DNA of 42,015 nt, taken from positions 1 to 42,015 of the IMG/VR virus record IMGVR_UViG_3300037423_000736; one strand, 5' to 3'. Every line of letters starts with the position of its first letter. The stretch's first letter is position 1. This stretch comes from a virus. Its lineage: Duplodnaviria; Caudoviricetes. The notes under the pieces were generated by a model, which did not search any database, was not told the origin of the DNA, and saw nothing but the letters and a program-made list of their open reading frames with translations. Shown here in pieces: positions 22,823 through 33,606 of this stretch. Both the position numbers and the translations under genes were made by a program.

Positions 22823-24575
22823 CGGTCATCATGGCGTTGCCGTTGACCCCGCCTGAGCCGCCCGTGTAGATGTTGTGGGTTCCGCTCCCACCGAGTCGTC
22901 GGAAACCCCACTTGTAGGTGACCGACGCGGCTGGCGTGAGGCCGGAGACGTAGAAGGACGCGTGGCCACGCGAAGCGCCAGCGGCGGCGGCTTGGATGCT
23001 GGCAACCTTCACGGTCGTGGTGGACTCCCGGAGCGTCCACTCTGCGCCGCCTGTGGCCTGCGACCAGTCCTTGTATGCCTCGAGTTGAACAACTACGTTG
23101 CCTGAGGCGGGGACGGTGAACGTGACGGCAAGGTTGGTGGCGTCCACATCGGCGTCAGTTGTGCTCGTAGTGGTGTACGTCGCGGAAGCGGTCGCCGTTT
23201 TGAACGCGAGAATCGTCCCTGGGCCGCTGCTGCCCCCTGCTGGGGTGGCGAGGGTGCCGTCGTCGCGGACGAACTTGGCCCCGTTCGGGGTGCCGGTGGC
23301 AAGCCGAGCGATCGGCAGAACCCCGCCCGTCGAAAGCAACGGCACATCACCGGAAGCCGTCCCCGTGTTTACCGTGGCTGCGGTGCCGAGCCCAAGGTTG
23401 GTGCGCGCGGTCGACGCCGAGGCGAGGTCGGACAGGTTCGCCGACTTCTGCGCCGCACCCGTAACCCGCGAGTCGTCACCCGCAGCGACCGTGCCCGCAG
23501 TCGTGCCAACGTTCTTCGTGGCAGCGGTGCCCGCGTCGGAGATCGTCGACATGGTCTGCGTACCCGTGTGGTTCGCACGGTTCTTCAGGTTTGCGTCAGT
23601 GTCGTTCGCGGTCGCACCAGTGGCGACACCCGCGAGCTTGGTCCGCTCGGTTGCAAGGAACGCCTTGTTTGTGGTGCCGTCCGTGAGCGTGTCCGCCGAC
23701 TGTGTACCCGTGTGCGTCGACCGGTCACGCAAGGCAGCGTCGGTCGAGTTGACGGTCGCCGTCGTCGAAATGGTGATGGTGTCCGCGCCGTCGTTGACCG
23801 TGACCGCGACGTTCCCCACCCCGACCAGCGCAGCACCGATGGTGTCACGCATAACCTCCGCGTCACCACCCGTAGCGGCGGTGACCGTGAGACTGTTCGC
23901 GGCGTCGTCGTACGTCAGAGTGACGTTCGTACCGGAGGCGAGCAGGGCAGCGACAGCGTCCTGCACAGCCTCCGTGAAGTCCGAGATCGTCGCCGACGAC
24001 TGCGTACCCGTGTGGTTCGCGCGCGCCCGGTCCGCCGTGGACGCAGCCGCAGCGGTACCCGCCGGGTCCGCCCCAACATCGCCCGCGTCGAGGACTACTG
24101 CGCCGGTCTGACCGTTGATAGAGTCCACCGCGCCGCTACCTGCGTCGACCCATGCAGTGTCGTAGTCCGTGGCGCTGGCCTTGGCGAGAACCTGGCCGGT
24201 CGTGCCGCCTGTCGCGACGCCAGGGCCGGGAGGTCCGTCCGCACCCGGTGCGCCGTCAGCGCCGTCTGCTCCATCGGAACCGGGGGTGCCGTCCGCGCCG
24301 GGGGCTCCATCGGCGCCGCGCAGAGAGTCAAGCCACTCCGCCTCCGTGCCAACGAAGCCACCAGCGACCGCAACCTCGTAGGCCGAAGCGCCGTCTTCGC
24401 CATCCTGCCCCGCAGCGCCATCAGCGCCGTCCTGACCGGGAGCGCCGTCCTGTCCGGGAGCGCCATCGGCACCGGGGGCACCGTCTGCGCCGGCCGGACC
24501 GCGCGGACCAGCCACAACCGGAGTCGCCTCATCCACCGGGAAATTACCGAGATCGACCACCACGTAGTCAGTCAT
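22806..24575 (-). CDS. Tail fibre with collagen-like repeats
   Basis: G-X-Y runs, SAYEVAV..GFVGTEAEWL, three HTGTQ repeats, beta-rich C-terminal domain. Confidence 0.85.
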   Translation of the reverse strand: MTDYVVVDLGNFPVDEATPVVAGPRGPAGADGAPGADGAPGQDGAPGQDGADGAAGQDGEDGASAYEVAVAGGFVGTEAEWLDSLRGADGAPGADGTPGSDGADGADGAPGADGPPGPGVATGGTTGQVLAKASATDYDTAWVDAGSGAVDSINGQTGAVVLDAGDVGADPAGTAAAASTADRARANHTGTQSSATISDFTEAVQDAVAALLASGTNVTLTYDDAANSLTVTAATGGDAEVMRDTIGAALVGVGNVAVTVNDGADTITISTTATVNSTDAALRDRSTHTGTQSADTLTDGTTNKAFLATERTKLAGVATGATANDTDANLKNRANHTGTQTMSTISDAGTAATKNVGTTAGTVAAGDDSRVTGAAQKSANLSDLASASTARTNLGLGTAATVNTGTASGDVPLLSTGGVLPIARLATGTPNGAKFVRDDGTLATPAGGSSGPGTILAFKTATASATYTTTSTTDADVDATNLAVTFTVPASGNVVVQLEAYKDWSQATGGAEWTLRESTTTVKVASIQAAAAGASRGHASFYVSGLTPAASVTYKWGFRRLGGSGTHNIYTGGSGGVNGNAMMTVTQMP

Positions 24576-24898
24576 CGAGTCACCTCCGCAGACACAGCCA
24601 CCGCACCATAAGCAACCCGCAACACGACCCCGTCAGACGACTCCACCTCAACGTCATAGACGCCATCCCGCCACGTCCACGCCGACGACTCATCCGGCTC
24701 CACCGCGATCACCACCGCACCCTCAGCAGTCACCGACGCAGCGAACGCGTGCAGCACATCCGCCGACGTGATCGGCTTCCGCACCTGCGACCGCGCAGTC
24801 CACGTCTCGTCGATCGGGGCACCGTTGAAGGTGACCGCCCAGCCGTGAGACCAAGTCGTGCCCTGCTCGATGGTGAGCTTGGTTTTGACGGCAGGCAT
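24572..24898 (-). CDS. Minor tail / fibre adaptor protein
   Basis: LTIEQGTTW...ARSQVR...VYDVEV...EVTR; directly precedes the fibre. Confidence 0.75.
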   Translation of the reverse strand: MPAVKTKLTIEQGTTWSHGWAVTFNGAPIDETWTARSQVRKPITSADVLHAFAASVTAEGAVVIAVEPDESSAWTWRDGVYDVEVESSDGVVLRVAYGAVAVSAEVTR

Positions 24899-25000
24899 CA
24901 GCCACCAACTTTCTTCGAGAAATGCAGCGGGGGTGGTATCAGGACGCCCAACCGGGCCTCTTCTTAGTCAATTAACCGAGACCAACGGCAGGGGAACCTC

Positions 25001-25159
25001 GTGTACGGGATCGTCAGGAACGCACAGCAGGCGTACTACGAGCGGCGCATCGCACGAGAGGGCTTACTGGCCGCACTCGCCCCCTACGGCATCACCGCGA
25101 TCCCGCCACGGATCCCGGCGCAGCGTCAGACCAGCGAACCGGGGCCGACCCGCCCGTAG
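25001..25159 (+). CDS. 52-aa antisense ORF in tail region
   Basis: MYGIVRNAQQAYYERR...; AGGGG RBS and lower-GC upstream gap. Confidence 0.45.
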   Translation: MYGIVRNAQQAYYERRIAREGLLAALAPYGITAIPPRIPAQRQTSEPGPTRP

Positions 25160-25797
25160 GCACCGGTCGGGGGACGGGGCCACACGCGTTGCGCGGACGA
25201 CATGCCACGACCATCCGAACGAGGATGCAACCGCAACGGCGGAACGTGGGACCCGCCCGACGAACCCTCAACCTCTAACCACAGCTCATAAACATAGGCG
25301 TGGTACTCGAACGAAACACCCGCATGGAAACCACCACGGAACAACTGGACCGTCGCGCCACCGTAGAGATACGGAACAAGATCGGCACCCGTCGCCGGGT
25401 CACCTGACGCCGTCTCCACATCGCTAGTCTCATAGTCGTAGATCGCGTCCAGGCCCGGCAGGTGGATGACACCAGACCCGAACCCGCTCCCACCGGGGTC
25501 CACGAAGGTGAACACGCCAGGCGTGTCGGGGAAGGTGATGGAAAACCCAGTCCCGACCGCTGCACCAGAGTTCGTGAGCATGGCCCGGACGTGAAGCGTG
25601 ACCGAGGTGACGACTGTAATCTCGGCCGGCAGCGGCTCGAGAACAGCGACGATCTTCCCGGCCACGTCCGCGTTAGTGTTGTCGACGCGCCCATAGGTGG
25701 CGTCGCTATCGTCGGCCCACTGCGGAGGGTCGCCCACAACGGCACCGGTCCCAGATGCGACCTCCAACCCGAAGGCCGAGAGCCGGACCGTCGTCAC
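25126..25797 (-). CDS. Minor tail protein
   Basis: Position; GTGA overlap with the upstream tail gene. Confidence 0.7.
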   Translation of the reverse strand: MTTVRLSAFGLEVASGTGAVVGDPPQWADDSDATYGRVDNTNADVAGKIVAVLEPLPAEITVVTSVTLHVRAMLTNSGAAVGTGFSITFPDTPGVFTFVDPGGSGFGSGVIHLPGLDAIYDYETSDVETASGDPATGADLVPYLYGGATVQLFRGGFHAGVSFEYHAYVYELWLEVEGSSGGSHVPPLRLHPRSDGRGMSSAQRVWPRPPTGAYGRVGPGSLV

Positions 25798-28067
25798 TGG
25801 CCCTCTTCAAGCTGCGGCCACATGATCCGACCCTTAGCGATATGGCACGCCTGCTTCGGATACACCGCCACCCACAGAACCGGGGCACCCACAGTGTGGT
25901 AGTGGAAGTTCGCCTCGTCCTTCCACACACCCGTCACACCGTCGCCGGACAGGACCCGGTTACCGTCCTCATCCTCGCTGTACTTCTGGCCAGGGAAGTA
26001 GCCACACGGCTGCTCCGCGGTACCAGCCACATACAGCAGCACCTTCTTGTCGAGCCGCGTCCTTACACTGTCGCGGGTCCACTTGATCTCACCATCACCA
26101 GCCCGCGCGAACGGGTTGCTGATGACGTCGTTCAACCACGCGCGAGTGGGCTCAAGCGCGAACACCGCAGTCACGAACTCGCACGGGTCGCCGTCAAGCT
26201 CGAGCCGCAACTTCGCGATCTCGCCCTCCTGGCCGGCCACAACCGGGAACACAGTCCAGTCGTCCGCGTCCAGGTTCACCCGATCGAACAGGACCCCGCC
26301 GACCTCATCAAACGTCGTCATCGAATCCTGCGCCTGCGACGACTTCCGATGCTGCGCCAAAAACGCCCGCGTCGGGTCGGACTTCGCGTCCTGGTTACGC
26401 GCCAGAATCTCCGTCACCGCAAGGTGATCCCGGTTACGGGTATCCACCGTCATGGTCCCGTCGCGGCCACCCTCAGCGATCTGGATACCCGAGACGTGCA
26501 GAAGGCACTGGTACTGAGGGGACCAGACGTTCCAGCCCGGCCGGGCCTCACGGATAGAGATGAGGTCGTCAGCCGTGGGATCCGGGTCGCCGGGGTTATG
26601 CTCCCCCGCGATCAACCCGAACCCGTTGTGTGCGATCGTCCCGACCCAGTTGATCGTCTGCCCGCGCTGATACTCAGCCCTGGTCCAATTCCGCATCTGC
26701 TGCCGCGTCTGACCCGTGCCGAACTGCAACGTCCGATGCGACTCAATCACCGTCCGGTCAAACAACGGATCACGGCCGAGCTTCGCACCCGACGCAGTCC
26801 GAAGCCACATGCGCGTGCGGGGATCCTGCACCATCGGCAGAATCACCGACTGCGACAACGAATACCCAGTCACAGACAAGTCATAAAGCGCATCCCACGT
26901 CGCCGGGTTCATGGTGCCCGACGCAGTCAACCCCGCGTCACGCTGAAGTTCCTTGATGGCGTCCGCAGCGTCGTCGTCGTAACCGCCGGCCAGGTCCACC
27001 CGCGACAGATAACCCATGCCCTCGAGCCGCGACAACATCGCGCCCAGGTCGTCATCGGCCGGGTTATCAAGATCGTCGTTCGTAGTGCCGACCCCAAACG
27101 GAGTCCCACCAGAGATCGGATACGGCGGCGTCACACCCTGCTTGAGCCCTGGATAGGCGCCGTTCTTCACCTTCATACCGCCAGGCGTGATCCCCGACGC
27201 GTAGTAGACGTTGTTCTCTTCGGTCTTGTCGCGCCGCAGCGACGGAACCACCCGCGCGTCATCAAAGTAGACCGTCGCATGGACCGTGGTCATGTCCTTC
27301 GGCCGGAACTGGTACCTCGGGTTCGTGTCCGACACGGGCATGATGACCCGCTGCGAACCATCCAACTTCGACGACATCGAACAAATCCGGTTGCCCCAGT
27401 CGAGCTGCGTCATCCCACCCTGCGTAGCGATCTTGATCCCCGTCGTGGGACCCAGACGCGGCGTAAACGGCAGCCGCAAACCAATGGCGAGCTCGTAGGC
27501 GAACCGGCCCACGTCGGAAGTGCGCTTGAACAGCGGCACCTGCCGATCCTGCATCGCCGCGCGGCCAGCCCACTCGCCGGCAACCTCCAGGGTCAGGTCG
27601 GCGCCGTTCGTGTCGATCGCCGTCACAAACCCCCGGTAGTCACGGCCAACCACCGTCCCGGCCGCGTTGACGCGTTCGATCTTCACCGGGGCATCCAGAC
27701 GCACCCACGACAGAGCGCCTGTGCCGAACGTCGCAGCCTCGAGCGCAGGCGACACCTGCGGGAACGTGATCGTCGTGCTGCCGTACCCGAACGGCTCAGT
27801 CAACAGGAACCCGGGCGTCGGAGTGTGCACGCTACGGAAGAACGTCACATCGACGCCGTTCACGATGATCCGGTCACGGTCCGCAGCCTTCGCCACAACA
27901 GTCGGCGTGCCCACGGTCGGCAGATCGTTCACGTACGACACGGGCGGCACAACCTGCGCCTTCACCATGTCGTAGCCCTCGACCAGCAGACCCGGCGGCG
28001 CCTCAACCACAGGCGGGGCGAAGTCAGCAGTAAACGTGACCTCGGGGAAAGCGCGGACCTGCATCAC
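25794..28067 (-). CDS. Minor tail (baseplate hub-like) protein with peptidoglycan-binding domain
   Basis: 757 aa after tape measure and Dit-like genes; LEGMGY...AIKELQRDAGL...TWDAL resembles PG_binding_1. Confidence 0.75.
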   Translation of the reverse strand: MMQVRAFPEVTFTADFAPPVVEAPPGLLVEGYDMVKAQVVPPVSYVNDLPTVGTPTVVAKAADRDRIIVNGVDVTFFRSVHTPTPGFLLTEPFGYGSTTITFPQVSPALEAATFGTGALSWVRLDAPVKIERVNAAGTVVGRDYRGFVTAIDTNGADLTLEVAGEWAGRAAMQDRQVPLFKRTSDVGRFAYELAIGLRLPFTPRLGPTTGIKIATQGGMTQLDWGNRICSMSSKLDGSQRVIMPVSDTNPRYQFRPKDMTTVHATVYFDDARVVPSLRRDKTEENNVYYASGITPGGMKVKNGAYPGLKQGVTPPYPISGGTPFGVGTTNDDLDNPADDDLGAMLSRLEGMGYLSRVDLAGGYDDDAADAIKELQRDAGLTASGTMNPATWDALYDLSVTGYSLSQSVILPMVQDPRTRMWLRTASGAKLGRDPLFDRTVIESHRTLQFGTGQTRQQMRNWTRAEYQRGQTINWVGTIAHNGFGLIAGEHNPGDPDPTADDLISIREARPGWNVWSPQYQCLLHVSGIQIAEGGRDGTMTVDTRNRDHLAVTEILARNQDAKSDPTRAFLAQHRKSSQAQDSMTTFDEVGGVLFDRVNLDADDWTVFPVVAGQEGEIAKLRLELDGDPCEFVTAVFALEPTRAWLNDVISNPFARAGDGEIKWTRDSVRTRLDKKVLLYVAGTAEQPCGYFPGQKYSEDEDGNRVLSGDGVTGVWKDEANFHYHTVGAPVLWVAVYPKQACHIAKGRIMWPQLEEGQ

Positions 28068-28077
28068 GCCTCCTGAG

Positions 28078-28473
28078 TCACGGGGTATCTGGGAAGATCA
28101 GCGACAGCGAATCCGTGAACGTGCCACCCGCAGCGCCAACCACACACGCAGTCGACAACGGGCCACCAATAATCAGGTCCGTCCCATCCGAAAACACACA
28201 CCACAACGCCGTATCCGACGCCGCCCCAGTGAACACCCAATCGATGTCCACCGACGTCTTCTCACCATCCGCAGCAGGCGGAAAGTGCGCGTCATCGTTC
28301 GCCAGCGCCGGGGGTGCGTAACCGCCATCCGAGGCGAGCTCAACACCACCCAGATCCGGGTCATCCGTATACAGATGCGCATACACCGTCGCCGGCATCG
28401 CCGCAGCCCTGGAGGAACCCAACAACGCATCAAGCCACGCGTTCTGATAAGTCGTAGACAACACGTAAGACAC
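28078..28473 (-). CDS. Minor tail protein
   Basis: LDALLG...VYAHLYTDDP...GGY pattern; position. Confidence 0.75.
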   Translation of the reverse strand: MSYVLSTTYQNAWLDALLGSSRAAAMPATVYAHLYTDDPDLGGVELASDGGYAPPALANDDAHFPPAADGEKTSVDIDWVFTGAASDTALWCVFSDGTDLIIGGPLSTACVVGAAGGTFTDSLSLIFPDTP

Positions 28474-28481
28474 GAGGTCTC

Positions 28482-28928
28482 CTAGGCCGGAATCGGCTTG
28501 CAGGGGATGGTCACCGTGTAGACCGGGTCGAAGTCGCGCAGGTCCACGTAGTCACGCTCCGGCGGCTCAATCGACGCCGTGTCACAGGTCCACACATCCG
28601 CGACACCATTGATCGTGATAGTCACCGTGTAGCGGAACTGGCCCAGCGCGGCCTCGAGGTCAGCGACCGCCGTGCGCAACGCGGCCTCTGACGCCACGTC
28701 TGGCTGCACCTCACAGGAGATGAGTCCCTGCTGGTACGTCCGCGCCAACGCTTCCGAGCCGGCGAAGTAGTCACTGTCGGGGGCGTACTTGATCCGCGCG
28801 ACCTTGCCCGGCGTCTTGAGTGACACCAACCCGAGGGTTGTCGAGAAGTCACCCGCGATCACCAGTGGCGAAGGTGCACCGGGCAGCCCCGAGCGGTCAA
28901 TGCTGAGTGTTGCGGTGGGCTCGGTCAT
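28482..28928 (-). CDS. Distal tail (Dit-like) protein
   Basis: Immediately after the tape measure gene; ATGA overlap. Confidence 0.65.
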   Translation of the reverse strand: MTEPTATLSIDRSGLPGAPSPLVIAGDFSTTLGLVSLKTPGKVARIKYAPDSDYFAGSEALARTYQQGLISCEVQPDVASEAALRTAVADLEAALGQFRYTVTITINGVADVWTCDTASIEPPERDYVDLRDFDPVYTVTIPCKPIPA

Positions 28929-31900
28929 CGGCGGTACCTGATCCCATCCGTCGCGGACCTGCGGTTGTCGGCCGTGAGCACGCGCTGAAAGTCGGAACCG
29001 TCCTGAACATGCACGTCGCCGTACAGCGGACGCATCCCGGACAACGTGGCCGCAAGGCGCTCGTAGTCGATACCAGCGCCCGCCACGTAGCCGCCCGATG
29101 CGTAACCGGGCAGCACCCGCGATCCGCGGTGGATTGCCTCGAGCAGCGACCGGTGTCGCCGCGTCTGCACAGCGTCGACCACGAACTCGCCACGGTGGAC
29201 GATGCCCGCCGGCTCATACTTCCCCCCCGGACCCGTGTAGCCACCGTCCGCGAAGCCGTCCTGGATCCGCGGGTCGCCCGCGTTGTGCTTCTGCTGCAGC
29301 TCAACGAACGCCTTAGCGGTCTTGCCGTTGATGCCACGGAAAGCGTCGGAGAACTTCTTGAGCTCAGCCTGCGCCTTCTGCGCGTCCAGGATGATCTTGG
29401 CCTGCACCCGCGGCGGGATCTGCAGCAGATGCTTCACGAACCACTGCGCCTGCTTGTCGGTAGCACCGAACGCCTTGGCCTGGTCGAACAGCGCCTTGGA
29501 CGCCTGCTCGTAGACGCCCTTGGCGTTCTTCTGCTTGTCTGACAGGTTGTTGAAGCCCTTAGCCATGTCGGAGAGCAGGTCGCGGTTCTTCTGGCCGGCG
29601 ACGGTGGTCTTGTCGAGGGTGTTGCGGTACTCCTCAAGACGCTCCCGCAGCGCGGCGACCTGACTTGCCTGCTGGTCGAACGAGTCTGCGATCTGGCCAC
29701 GAATAGAGGCCCGCTCGCCCGGCGTCTTCGCACCCGCGAGACGCGCCTGCAGGTCCGCACGCCGCTTCGCGCCAGTCGCCTGCGCCTCCGCGATCTGCTG
29801 CTGAATCGCAGCCTTCTCCTTATTGCGGTCCTGGCCCTCGTTGAGCGACCGCTGATAGGCGGTCTCCGCATCGAACGCGGCTACCGTGGCGTCAGTGCGC
29901 TTCTTCATCGCGTCGATGTTCGCCAACACCGCGTCGGTGTTGTTGACCACGCCGTCACTGTTCAGGTCCGTGGCCGCAGTCAGCTTCGGAACCACCTGGC
30001 CCGACAGGTAGTCCATCGCAGCCGCAACGGCACCCGAGTCAGTAACCGACTCCCGCTGTGCGCGGTCGTAGTCGCGGACTGCCTGTGCCGCCCCTTGGAA
30101 GTTGCCGAACACGTCATCGACGCTCAACCCAGCCTGCTGAAGTGCTGGCGTGACCTGCTCGGCGAACGTCTGCACCTGCTCAAGAGGGGCGGTTACCAAT
30201 GACTGATCGCCGTTGTTGAGGTCGGCGTACAGTGCAGCCAGGCCAGCGCGGGTGGTCGTCAGGGCCGCCTGCTCGCGCTGGGCCGTCTCGGTAGCCTGCT
30301 CGCCAGCATGGGTCCACAGGTCCGAGACCGACTTGATCTGGTTGCCGAGGTCGCCCCAAGTGGCGGGGTTGAACAGGCTGAGACTGCCCGACGTCTGGCG
30401 CGCTTGCGCCACCGTGGCGTTGTAGTCCGCCGTCTGCTGCTGAAGCGCCTGCAGTGCCATCTGCTGAGCCACGAGCCCCTCCGGGTCTCGGGCAGCCCGG
30501 TCTACCGCCAACATCGCAGCCTCGACGTCGTTGTTGGCCGACGCGAAGTCCTTGGCCAGCCCGATGCTCCCGCCAATCGCGGTTCCCCACGGCCCAAAGA
30601 GGCTGCCAGTTAGAGCGAGGGATGCCGTGTTCGCGACCCCGGTGTCGTCAGCCAGGCCCGAAGTGGCGAGCGCGAGCCCACCGACCGCAGCGGTCGCCTT
30701 GCCGACCTGCGCGCCCGTTGCGCGCAACGCCTCAGAACGTGCAGCAGTCGCCGTCCTGGCCCGCTCCTCGGCAGTCGTCTGCCGGGTCAGCGCTGCCGAA
30801 TAGTCATCCGTCGACTGCAGCAGCCGACCGGACAGCGGGCCGGCCGAGTTCGCCAGAAACAGCCCCCGATCGACGCCCGACGCCTTCTGTGCTGCAGCGA
30901 GTTCCTTCGTGGCCGCCGACGCCTCGCGGATGCTGGCGATGGTGCCCTTGATTGTGGATGTTCCGAGAGCCTTCGCAACCACACCCTCACCCGTGCCGCC
31001 ACGAAGACCGACGATCTTGAGCAACGCAAGCGACCGACCCAGCACACCCACCGCGGCAGCAGCCGAGATCAACGCAGGCCCGACAGGAGAGTCAGCGATA
31101 GCCGCAAGACCATCCGCCAATGCCGAAATGACCGGCAGGACCGCCGTCCCGACCGGGGCAGCCGCCTCAACAAGCTGGATCAGTGCGTTGCCGATGCTCT
31201 CAAGAGCGTCGAGCGCCAGCGGCCCGGAGTTCTCCACATAGTTCAGGAAGTCCCGGAAGCCCTCCGTCGAGTCAAGGTTGCCCGTGAACTCAACGAACGA
31301 CCGCGACACCTCAAGCAACCCCGTAGAGAAGTCACGCGACAGCGGGTCGAAAGCCATCAGCAGGTTCGCGGTGCCCTCGATGAAGTTCCCGAAGGTGCGG
31401 CCCATCTCCGTCAGCACCGGGCCCGCAGTGGTCTGCAGGTAGGTGAAGAACTGCTGGAACTCCGGGCCGGCGAGCCCCTGCCCACCCTCACGAGCCAGGT
31501 TGCCGAGCGTCTTGGAGACGGTGAAAAGCACGTCCTCGACCTGCGGGGCGACCTGTAGGAACTCGTGCATCCCAGCCGTGACGCCAGGCAGCAGGCCCTG
31601 CTCGGAGATCGCCTGCAACCGCTCGATCTCGGGCCGAATCTTCTGCAGCGACAGCACGAACTCCTGCCCAGCAGGGCCGAGCTCGTCCATCGCCTTCTGC
31701 AGTTTGGTGAAGTTCTCGGCGGTCGGAGCCGCGTTGAACGTCTCAAGCGCCTTAGAAGCGTCGCCCACGCCGTTGAATGCCAGCGCAGTCGCACCTGCAG
31801 CCAGTGCGGCGAGCCCGAGCTGAGTCGTCAGTCCAGCGATGGCCGGCACCGCAGCAGCGCCGATCGGAGCCAGCGCCGGAGCAAGCGCCAAGGCAGACTG

Positions 31901-32038
31901 AACCACGCCCGCGAGGCGGCCGTCCGCCTGCTCGAGACGATTCGCGAACCCATCCGCCGCCCGACCCGCAGCAGCGAACCGGGTGACGAAGTTAGAGACG
32001 TCCGCAGTTACGCGGACCTCTTCTTTGCGAACCGCCAC
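28925..32038 (-). CDS. Tape measure protein
   Basis: 1037 aa, Ala/Gly-rich helical; [25 protein letters not shown] motif; follows the tail chaperones. Confidence 0.93.
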   Translation of the reverse strand: MAVRKEEVRVTADVSNFVTRFAAAGRAADGFANRLEQADGRLAGVVQSALALAPALAPIGAAAVPAIAGLTTQLGLAALAAGATALAFNGVGDASKALETFNAAPTAENFTKLQKAMDELGPAGQEFVLSLQKIRPEIERLQAISEQGLLPGVTAGMHEFLQVAPQVEDVLFTVSKTLGNLAREGGQGLAGPEFQQFFTYLQTTAGPVLTEMGRTFGNFIEGTANLLMAFDPLSRDFSTGLLEVSRSFVEFTGNLDSTEGFRDFLNYVENSGPLALDALESIGNALIQLVEAAAPVGTAVLPVISALADGLAAIADSPVGPALISAAAAVGVLGRSLALLKIVGLRGGTGEGVVAKALGTSTIKGTIASIREASAATKELAAAQKASGVDRGLFLANSAGPLSGRLLQSTDDYSAALTRQTTAEERARTATAARSEALRATGAQVGKATAAVGGLALATSGLADDTGVANTASLALTGSLFGPWGTAIGGSIGLAKDFASANNDVEAAMLAVDRAARDPEGLVAQQMALQALQQQTADYNATVAQARQTSGSLSLFNPATWGDLGNQIKSVSDLWTHAGEQATETAQREQAALTTTRAGLAALYADLNNGDQSLVTAPLEQVQTFAEQVTPALQQAGLSVDDVFGNFQGAAQAVRDYDRAQRESVTDSGAVAAAMDYLSGQVVPKLTAATDLNSDGVVNNTDAVLANIDAMKKRTDATVAAFDAETAYQRSLNEGQDRNKEKAAIQQQIAEAQATGAKRRADLQARLAGAKTPGERASIRGQIADSFDQQASQVAALRERLEEYRNTLDKTTVAGQKNRDLLSDMAKGFNNLSDKQKNAKGVYEQASKALFDQAKAFGATDKQAQWFVKHLLQIPPRVQAKIILDAQKAQAELKKFSDAFRGINGKTAKAFVELQQKHNAGDPRIQDGFADGGYTGPGGKYEPAGIVHRGEFVVDAVQTRRHRSLLEAIHRGSRVLPGYASGGYVAGAGIDYERLAATLSGMRPLYGDVHVQDGSDFQRVLTADNRRSATDGIRYRR

Positions 32039-32042
32039 GACG

Positions 32043-32530
32043 TCACCTCGTTTCGTTGTTCAGGGGGTGGACGACGAGCCGCAGCCCGTCGCCGGGCGCA
32101 TAGACACCCTTTACGGGGTCCTTGCCGCGCTGGTCGTTGTCGAAGTCGCGTTTGATCGTGTCGAGCGCGGCGCAGGCGAGGCAGCGGAACTGTTGGACCT
32201 CAAACACGCGCCCATCCAGCCAGGTCCAATGCCGAGTCGAGTTGGGGACGGGCTCGAAGGTGCCCTCTTGACCACACTCACCACAGCGCATCCGGTCGAC
32301 CTCGAGGTCAGCGATGGCCTCAGAACGGGTGTACTCATCCCACTCGGGCTCGCGGGTCACGATCACTGACCAGGCGTCCACCATGCCGCAGGGGTTGCCG
32401 TCCGTGTCGCGGAACTCGTGGAACTCGCGGGGCTCGATCCCGTCGAACCGGTTGAGGCTGACGCCGTGTCGGGCAGCAGCCTCTATTCTTCGACGCGACT
32501 CGCGAGAAGCACCGAGACGGCGGACGATTT
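32043..32530 (-). CDS. Tail assembly chaperone, -1 frameshift extension (gpT-like part)
   Basis: The -1 frame from the CCCAAAA site reads open ([11 protein letters not shown]...GMVDAWSV) into ORF 32043-32384. Confidence 0.85.
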
Positions 32531-32998
32531 TGGGATGTCCTCACCGTCCCCAACCACACGCAGGGCAGCATCCCGGACCTTGAGCCAGTGCCGCGAGGGA
32601 GCCACCTCGGCCCACTCGTCGAACTGCTCGTCCGTCAGCTCCGGGGACACCAGGCAGGCGCGGATCAGCGCCTTGTGGAAGTCGTCCTCGTTGTAGCCGT
32701 AGACCTCGTCGCGCGGTACGCCCTTGCGGGGCGGGCAGGAGTCCTGCAGGCGACGGACCTGCGGTGCGGGGATCTCACGCAGGGTGACCACGACGACGCC
32801 GGGGATGTTCGCTGGCTCATGGAACGCGTCGACAGCCTCGGCAGCTTTGAGTGCCTTCGCCTTGAACCGCTTGTCTGAGCGGGCCTTCAGTTCGAGGTCA
32901 TCGACCTCGCGGACCAGGGCGTCGTGCCGGTCCTGGTAGTCACCAGGCAGCAGGATCACTGTGGACTCGCGGGGAGGGGTCAGCATGGGGTTTGTCAC
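32483..32998 (-). CDS. Tail assembly chaperone (gpG-like)
   Basis: Between major tail and tape measure; ends DIPKSS at the slippery site. Confidence 0.85.
   Translation of the reverse strand: MTNPMLTPPRESTVILLPGDYQDRHDALVREVDDLELKARSDKRFKAKALKAAEAVDAFHEPANIPGVVVVTLREIPAPQVRRLQDSCPPRKGVPRDEVYGYNEDDFHKALIRACLVSPELTDEQFDEWAEVAPSRHWLKVRDAALRVVGDGEDIPKSSAVSVLLASRVEE
32528..32534 (-). promoter_or_regulatory. -1 programmed ribosomal frameshift heptamer C CCA AAA
   Basis: X XXY YYZ heptamer in the correct phase. Confidence 0.85.
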
Positions 32999-33039
32999 GG
33001 GTTCTCCTTGGCTCGGAAGGCTCGGGGGTCAAGCAGAAA

Positions 33040-33075
33040 GAGGGCACCGCGTCCGAGCCAGGCCGCGGTGCCCTC
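33040..33075 (-). terminator. Terminator/attenuator hairpin after major tail gene
   Basis: 12-bp perfect stem GAGGGCACCGCG/CGCGGTGCCCTC followed by TTTCT. Confidence 0.75.
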
Positions 33076-33087
33076 CGCCTAGAGGGG

Positions 33088-33603
33088 TCAGGCGACGACC
33101 GAGTCCTCGACGAGCACGCCCGTAGCCGAGAGGCCCTGGGTGATCGTCAGGGGCGCGAACTCGTCCGAGCCGCCCGTGTTCTTGTTCTGCGCACCGCACT
33201 CGGCGGGCAGAATGTCGACCACGTCGTCCGAAGCCCACGCGTCGGTGGCGTCCGGGCCGTAACGAGTCACCAGGAACCCGTTGGTGCCGGGAGCCATCGT
33301 GGTCTTGACCTTGTTCGCCGGGTCGCTGGACAGCGCCTGCGGCAGATAGGTGTAGGTGAAGTCGGCGATGGCCCGCTTGATGCGGCCCAGCGTCTCGAAC
33401 GACTCCTTCGAGCACATGCGACGCTGCTCGCCCTTAGCCTGGTCAGCGGTGACGCCACCCCAGGTCTCCGGCAGGTAGCAGGTGATGTCGACGCCCGCGT
33501 TGAGCTCGAGAGCGGTAGGGGCGTCGAGGTCAGCGATGGCCGGGACGAACGCCACCTTGACGTTGCCCTCCGCCGTCACGTACTCCGGGATGCTGACGGT
33601 CAT
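33088..33603 (-). CDS. Major tail protein
   Basis: GNVKVAFVPAIAD..APTALELNAGVDITCYL; position. Confidence 0.88.
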   Translation of the reverse strand: MTVSIPEYVTAEGNVKVAFVPAIADLDAPTALELNAGVDITCYLPETWGGVTADQAKGEQRRMCSKESFETLGRIKRAIADFTYTYLPQALSSDPANKVKTTMAPGTNGFLVTRYGPDATDAWASDDVVDILPAECGAQNKNTGGSDEFAPLTITQGLSATGVLVEDSVVA

Positions 33604-33606
33604 GGG

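Noticed and set aside
24215-24510. Tandem 9/18-bp DNA repeats as a non-coding array
   Set aside because: Explained by collagen-like Gly-X-Y codons of the fibre
25755-28076. 773-aa plus-strand ORF
   Set aside because: Antisense shadow of the minor tail gene; Arg/His-rich composition typical of high-GC off-frames
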